NCBI GenBank assembly: GCA_012295275.1
Contig: CM022671.1
Location: forward strand, 23,374,001-23,438,000
Direction: 5' to 3'
Origin: Chrysomallon squamiferum
Taxonomy: Eukaryota > Animalia > Mollusca
DNA length: 64,000 nt
Numbering within the stretch: position 1 is the first letter of the stretch; each line of letters begins with the position of its first letter. The notes under the pieces were generated by a model. The model was not told where the DNA came from, ran no database searches, and saw only the letters and a list, made by a program, of their open reading frames with translations. Made by a program: the position numbers and the translations under genes. Below, in pieces: positions 59,141 through 64,000 of the stretch.

Positions 59141-59799
59141 ATTAATATATCCAAAGTGTGATTTTATTTATAGTACATAATTTAATTTAATTATATATAT
59201 AAATATAGGTGGGTAATCTCGTTTGTTTTGATTTGGAATTCCTGAAGTTTGGAAGAGATATTTTCTACTTATTTATTTATTTATTTATTTAGTTTCTTTG
59301 TTTCTGTTATATTTGTGATTTTTCTATTTTCTGTTTCTGTTGGTTTGTCAGATGCATCATCAGTCTGTATGGAACATACAAACACAGAAACATTCATCAT
59401 TGACAAAGTTCTTATTCCTTTCATTTCTCCTTCCTCCTCTGTGTGTACTTTAACCAAAATAGAAAACTAATACTTGTACTGCAATTGCAAACTGATGTTT
59501 TCAGAAATAAACGCTTCAACACGAAACCGGATCATAACGAGAAAACGTAAAACAAACGTCAAACTCGTTTTCAGACAGGAAACAGCTTTTAAAATGTTAA
59601 CGAGAAGAAACTGACGTAATGATCACGTGTCTGGCAGTATTGTACACAACATTAGAAATTCACATGTATAGCAAACACCAAGTTCATAACAACATTATAC
59701 ATATGTATATATATATATAGAATATTATGATGTACAAGAACATAAACACCATTCGGACTATTACCAAATAATAGAGATAATTTTACGATGTTAAGGAGA

Positions 59800-60211
59800 A
59801 ACCGGGGCTGTCACTCATGGATATCAGGTCCAACGTTTGATGATGTATCGCAAGACCTTCTTACAGTCTGAAGCAAGTGGTCTAAGAATGGTTTATCAAC
59901 GAGAGTGTAACGGGCTTTCTGCTGGAAGCTGTATTAGAGAGTCTCTAGCTTTTAACTGATGCTTGTACATCGACTCTGAAATCCTCGTCCAAAGAGATGT
60001 AATCATAATAGCTGTTGATGTTTAGCATTGTGGTCTACCAGACTGCGCCGTGAGGTCCAATACTTTTGACTTTATCACTCGACGTTATCTCATCCTTAGT
60101 CTGTATCTGTCTAGCCATGGATCACTCCAGCATGGGCGTCACCAACACAAGCCAAAGCTCCTGCTGGCAGAGCTTTTTGGGTCACTGAGACTATGAAGGA
60201 GTCCTCTTCCA
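59800..60211 (-). mobile_element. Decayed 5' portion of an RTE-like LINE (or RTE-derived SINE head)
   Basis: Minus strand 60211-60095 reads ..GTCTCAGTGACCCAAAAAGCTCTGCCAGCAGGAGCTT..GACGCCCATGCTGGA..CAGACTAAG, resembling the RTE/BovB-type 5' leader (CTCAATGA..GAGCTATGCC..CACCCA..GGA..CAGAC). It is a GC-richer island with no intact ORF. Confidence 0.45.
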
Positions 60212-61579
60212 TTATCTCGATGATCTCTTTCTCTCTCATTATTTCAGTAATCGTTAATTATATGAACTGCTGTTTTAAAATGAATGTAGTGCTCAGTTAA
60301 ATAAAATAAAAAAACATTTCTTCCTTTCGTTCCCTCGAGGCTGGTCGTTTCGCTAGTCGAGGAGTATAGTGTTAGGTTGTGGAGCCGAGCGTTTATCTTT
60401 AAACTGGTATAATGTTGAGTCGCCCTGACACGCTAGCCTTGGAAGTAATTATCTAGCTCTTTAGTTTTCACTTTAGTGCGTCAGTCTTGACGTTATGCCT
60501 GCACGGTGCAACAGTGAACAAAAAAAAAAAAAAAGTAAAATCCCCATTGCTTTCGTTTTCTATCATTTTGTAATTAACCAACTTCTAGGTGTATTTACAC
60601 GTTAGGTAAGTTAATTAAAGAACGGTAATGAAGTCTGAGATAATTAAAGATCTTTTTAAATGACTAAGCTTGAAGAATGGTAATTGGTGTTTAGGATAGA
60701 CTGATGGGAGAGTTTGGGTAATAATACTGGGTTGAAGTGATTTAATGAATCTATTTTCCTTCTAATATTTTCAGGCAAATTGTGAAAAATTTATGGAGTT
60801 AATTAAGAAGAGATTCAATAAAAAAAATCTTCGTCAACATCTGTGTCAAAATATGATGACTAACGATCGAAATAATTCAGTAAATTAATATCAGTTTATC
60901 TTATTGTACTTTGTAATCATGTGTTAATAACATGTCAGAATAAAAAAACCTAAATAAATGTTTTAACTTGGCATACAACCTCTTTTGTTGTAAAAACATT
61001 TTCATACCTAGTCTCTCTCTTTGGGAGAAAAAATGTACGAATCTGTCACACATTTTGGTATTGCGTGAATGTGACTGGCCCCAAGCCAAAACCAGGCAGA
61101 AGAAAGCATGCGAGAAAATATCCCATTCACAATGTTTGCACTCTGCCTCTGTTACGAAACTATTGTAACGCATGCACCTTCTCTTCGACCATAAATAGTT
61201 AACACAAAACGGGCTGAGGTAGCAACGTGCATTTTGCGCATGTTTACGCCGCAGCGCCACCTGGTGAGTCAGAACGACAGAATCCCAGTAACTCCACACA
61301 GATGAGAGAGAGAGTCTGTAAGAAGTGAATCATATCATTTAGATATAATCTGATTAGAAGGAAAGATTATTAGTCTTATTGACTTGTTTTCTGTGTCGTG
61401 TCGTGTCGTCCTGGCCTTTGTTTTCTTATAAAACACAGTTTGCAGCTCTTGCAAAGTTCTTGAAATGTAGACTGAGTGGTGAACAGTTGTAAAATAAAAT
61501 GAAGATAAATAAAAGTATTATTACTGACATTGGCTTTGCGTACTACAAAGAATTAAAAGTAAACAAATAAATTGAAATA

Positions 61580-61638
61580 GTCGTAGTAGAAGAAGCAGTA
61601 GTAGCTTTAATAGCAGTAGTAGTAGTAGCAGCAGCAGC

Positions 61639-61684
<46 letters not shown>

Positions 61685-61749
61685 ACAATAGAAATAATAA
61701 TAATAACGCATTTTTCTGTATTATTGTTGTTATTGTTGTTGTTCTTCTT

Positions 61750-61780
<31 letters not shown>

Positions 61781-61800
61781 TTATTATTATTATTATTATT
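61580..61800. repeat. Compound (AGT)n/(AGC)n/(CTT)n/(ATT)n microsatellite
   Basis: Successive triplet arrays. Confidence 0.9.
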
Positions 61801-63415
61801 ATATTAATTACTATTTCTACTGCTTCGGTTTTAATTTTCAAAAAAAATTCAAAAATTCAAAATTCAAACAATATTTTGTAATTACTATAAAACAAAAAAT
61901 GTGTTTTCATCAAAACAACAACAACAACAACAAAAATAAGAAGAAGAAGAAATAAATGTAAATAAATAAAATAAAAACAATAATAATAAGAAGAAATAAA
62001 AAAATAAAATGGCGGTGTTACTTAAATGGGCGGATTTGGTGCGGATATCGACCGCTTGTGATCTCATTTCAAAACGGAAGTGTTCCCATCTAACAGGAAG
62101 AGCTCTCGTTACTGCTGTTAGTGTCAGCGCCATTTTGAATTAGTCTGACAAAATGTATCGGTTGACTTTAAGTGGACGGCAAAGTCGTTTTGTAATCTTA
62201 AAAGTCAGATTTTTATTTCGAGACTTGTCGTTTGTTTATTTTTACTTTATTTTTGTAATTTCTATCTGTTTATTTCTGCGAGTCTCCGTCCATGATTAAT
62301 ACTGTCGCAGTGTGTATTTATAAATTGTTATTAAATAATATTAAAAAATGCACGAAAGTCCATTTGCGCATTTAAACGTTAATCAAATACTCTCCCCGTC
62401 CCTTTCCCCCTCTTCTCCTCCCTCCCTCCCTCCCTCTTCTGACTCTTATATTAAAGGTTACGCATTAAACAGAACACGATAAACATATTATTATTATGTT
62501 TTTTAAAAAGCACTATTCTTATCTCAAACAGTTCGGACCCAGAAAGGAATTCCGATAAGAAAGTAATTAGTAAGTTGAAAAATTGTTTAATACAAAACCA
62601 GAACCAATACTGAAAGAGTAAGCACTCGTAGCATCAGTCATGTGCAAGATACTGCATGATATGAGAAATATCTTCCCAGATAAGTCAAGAGAGAATAAAT
62701 TAATCAATCACAATTGCTGATTTAATGGCGACCGCTCACGTAACACACAGAAAGGCTGCGCATTCAGACTGAATGTAATTACTTTGTGGTATGTACCCAC
62801 TGGCTTGTAGATGGATGAGAATATTTTTTGAAGCTGTAATTAGATATGATGTCATTAGTCGACCACACAAAATACTCAGAGGATTGATGACTTAAGGGCA
62901 GAATAAAAAAATATAAAAAATTCAGTTTTTTTTTTCTTTTGATTATTATATGTGTTACTAATAGTAATTGCTTATACTGTTCAGTTCGACGATCTTATTT
63001 TATTATTCTCACTGCTGTAATCATAAAATTCAAACTGTGTTATATACTGTAAAATAAAATAAAAATCTGTATTGAATTTTTTTTTTTTTTTTCTGGAATA
63101 AACTATCTCTTTAGTTTTAAAAAAAAATCTTTTACCATTTTATTAAAGTAAAATGTTCTGTTCACGGCATTTAGTTGTTTATAATAGAAACTGTTTCGTT
63201 TCATAGTGCAAATCTAAACTGTTTGAACAGAGCACAGTTCTGTGATCCATAGACAAATGCAGCGGTTTATATAAGAGTGAAATACTGTGTGTTTGGTTGG
63301 AATGTTTAAAGAATTTAGTATGAACTTACAATGAATACATTATACCAAATGCAGAGAGAAACAAAAGAGAGAAAGAAATATAGAAAAGTAGAAAACAGGA
63401 AAAAAGATAAGAGGG

Positions 63416-63420
<5 letters not shown>

Positions 63421-63501
<81 letters not shown>
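63421..63501. repeat. (AG)n microsatellite
   Basis: Perfect AG repeat. Confidence 0.95.
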
Positions 63502-63503
<2 letters not shown>

Positions 63504-63915
63504 TAAACAAAACACAAGGCAAAACGCTGTGTGGATTTTCTGAAGTAACTGTAAGAGACAAAATCGCGATTTGGAAATTTCATGGGAGTTTCTTTTTCTC
63601 TGAATGTAGATGGAGACAAAAATAACAAGTGTATATGTCTTCAGTGTGTGCCGTTTGGTGCCTGACTGTCAAAATATTCCGGTTGCTATGGTGATGAACC
63701 ATATGTTCCAAGCACCTGTTGTGCGCGATCCGACATTTCCAAAACTAATTTTCAAGATGTGATTTGAAAGAAAAAAAAAGAAAAAAAAAGAAAGAAAAAA
63801 AAGAGCTTTATACTATATTGGATGAAAGATGTCGCCAATCTGAAAGAAGTGTCTGGGCAGAAAACTTAATTTTGGGTGTGATTTCTTTAGTGTATTTGTT
63901 TTACAGTGTTAAAAA

Positions 63916-63954
<39 letters not shown>

Positions 63955-64000
63955 GAATTTTAAAAAGGGATATAAATAAAAAATCTATTTTAATAATCCA

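Noticed and set aside
60901-61299. 132-aa minus-strand ORF, and WRCGVN in another frame, as a possible MMP propeptide exon
   Set aside because: It does not match PRCGxPD, has no RxKR furin site or suitable donor, and overlaps the CTCF/AP-1 motif region.

Overview
Very AT-rich, microsatellite-dense animal genomic DNA (invertebrate; mollusc-like by repeat content, which is inference). I traced three spliced genes by hand from GT/AG boundaries and reading phase. (1) RBM19/Mrd1, the multi-RRM 18S rRNA biogenesis factor, is on the minus strand with 26 coding exons from the ATG at 13522 to 558; the last exon is not identified and is probably off-window. (2) A complete PI4KA (PI 4-kinase III alpha) is on the plus strand with 49 coding exons at 14351-43483 (about 2063 aa), head-to-head with RBM19 across an 828-bp divergent promoter. 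(3) The 3' seven exons of a probably GPI-anchored membrane-type matrix metalloproteinase are on the minus strand at 52162-56412; its propeptide exons lie beyond an intron longer than 7.5 kb. Most short ORFs in the supplied track are microsatellite or low-complexity artefacts. The most notable observations are: an in-frame 87-nt candidate cassette exon with a GC donor and downstream TGCATG (Rbfox) motifs inside an oversized PI4KA intron; two single-base frame disruptions in the essential RBM19 gene; a probable non-canonical GC donor in RBM19; a sharp CpG-depleted to CpG-retaining transition near 46 kb; a convergent CTCF-like pair plus promoter/enhancer-like motif clusters in the MMP intron; and several hairpins and decayed LINE/MITE fragments. 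I found no evidence for a wholly new multi-gene system.
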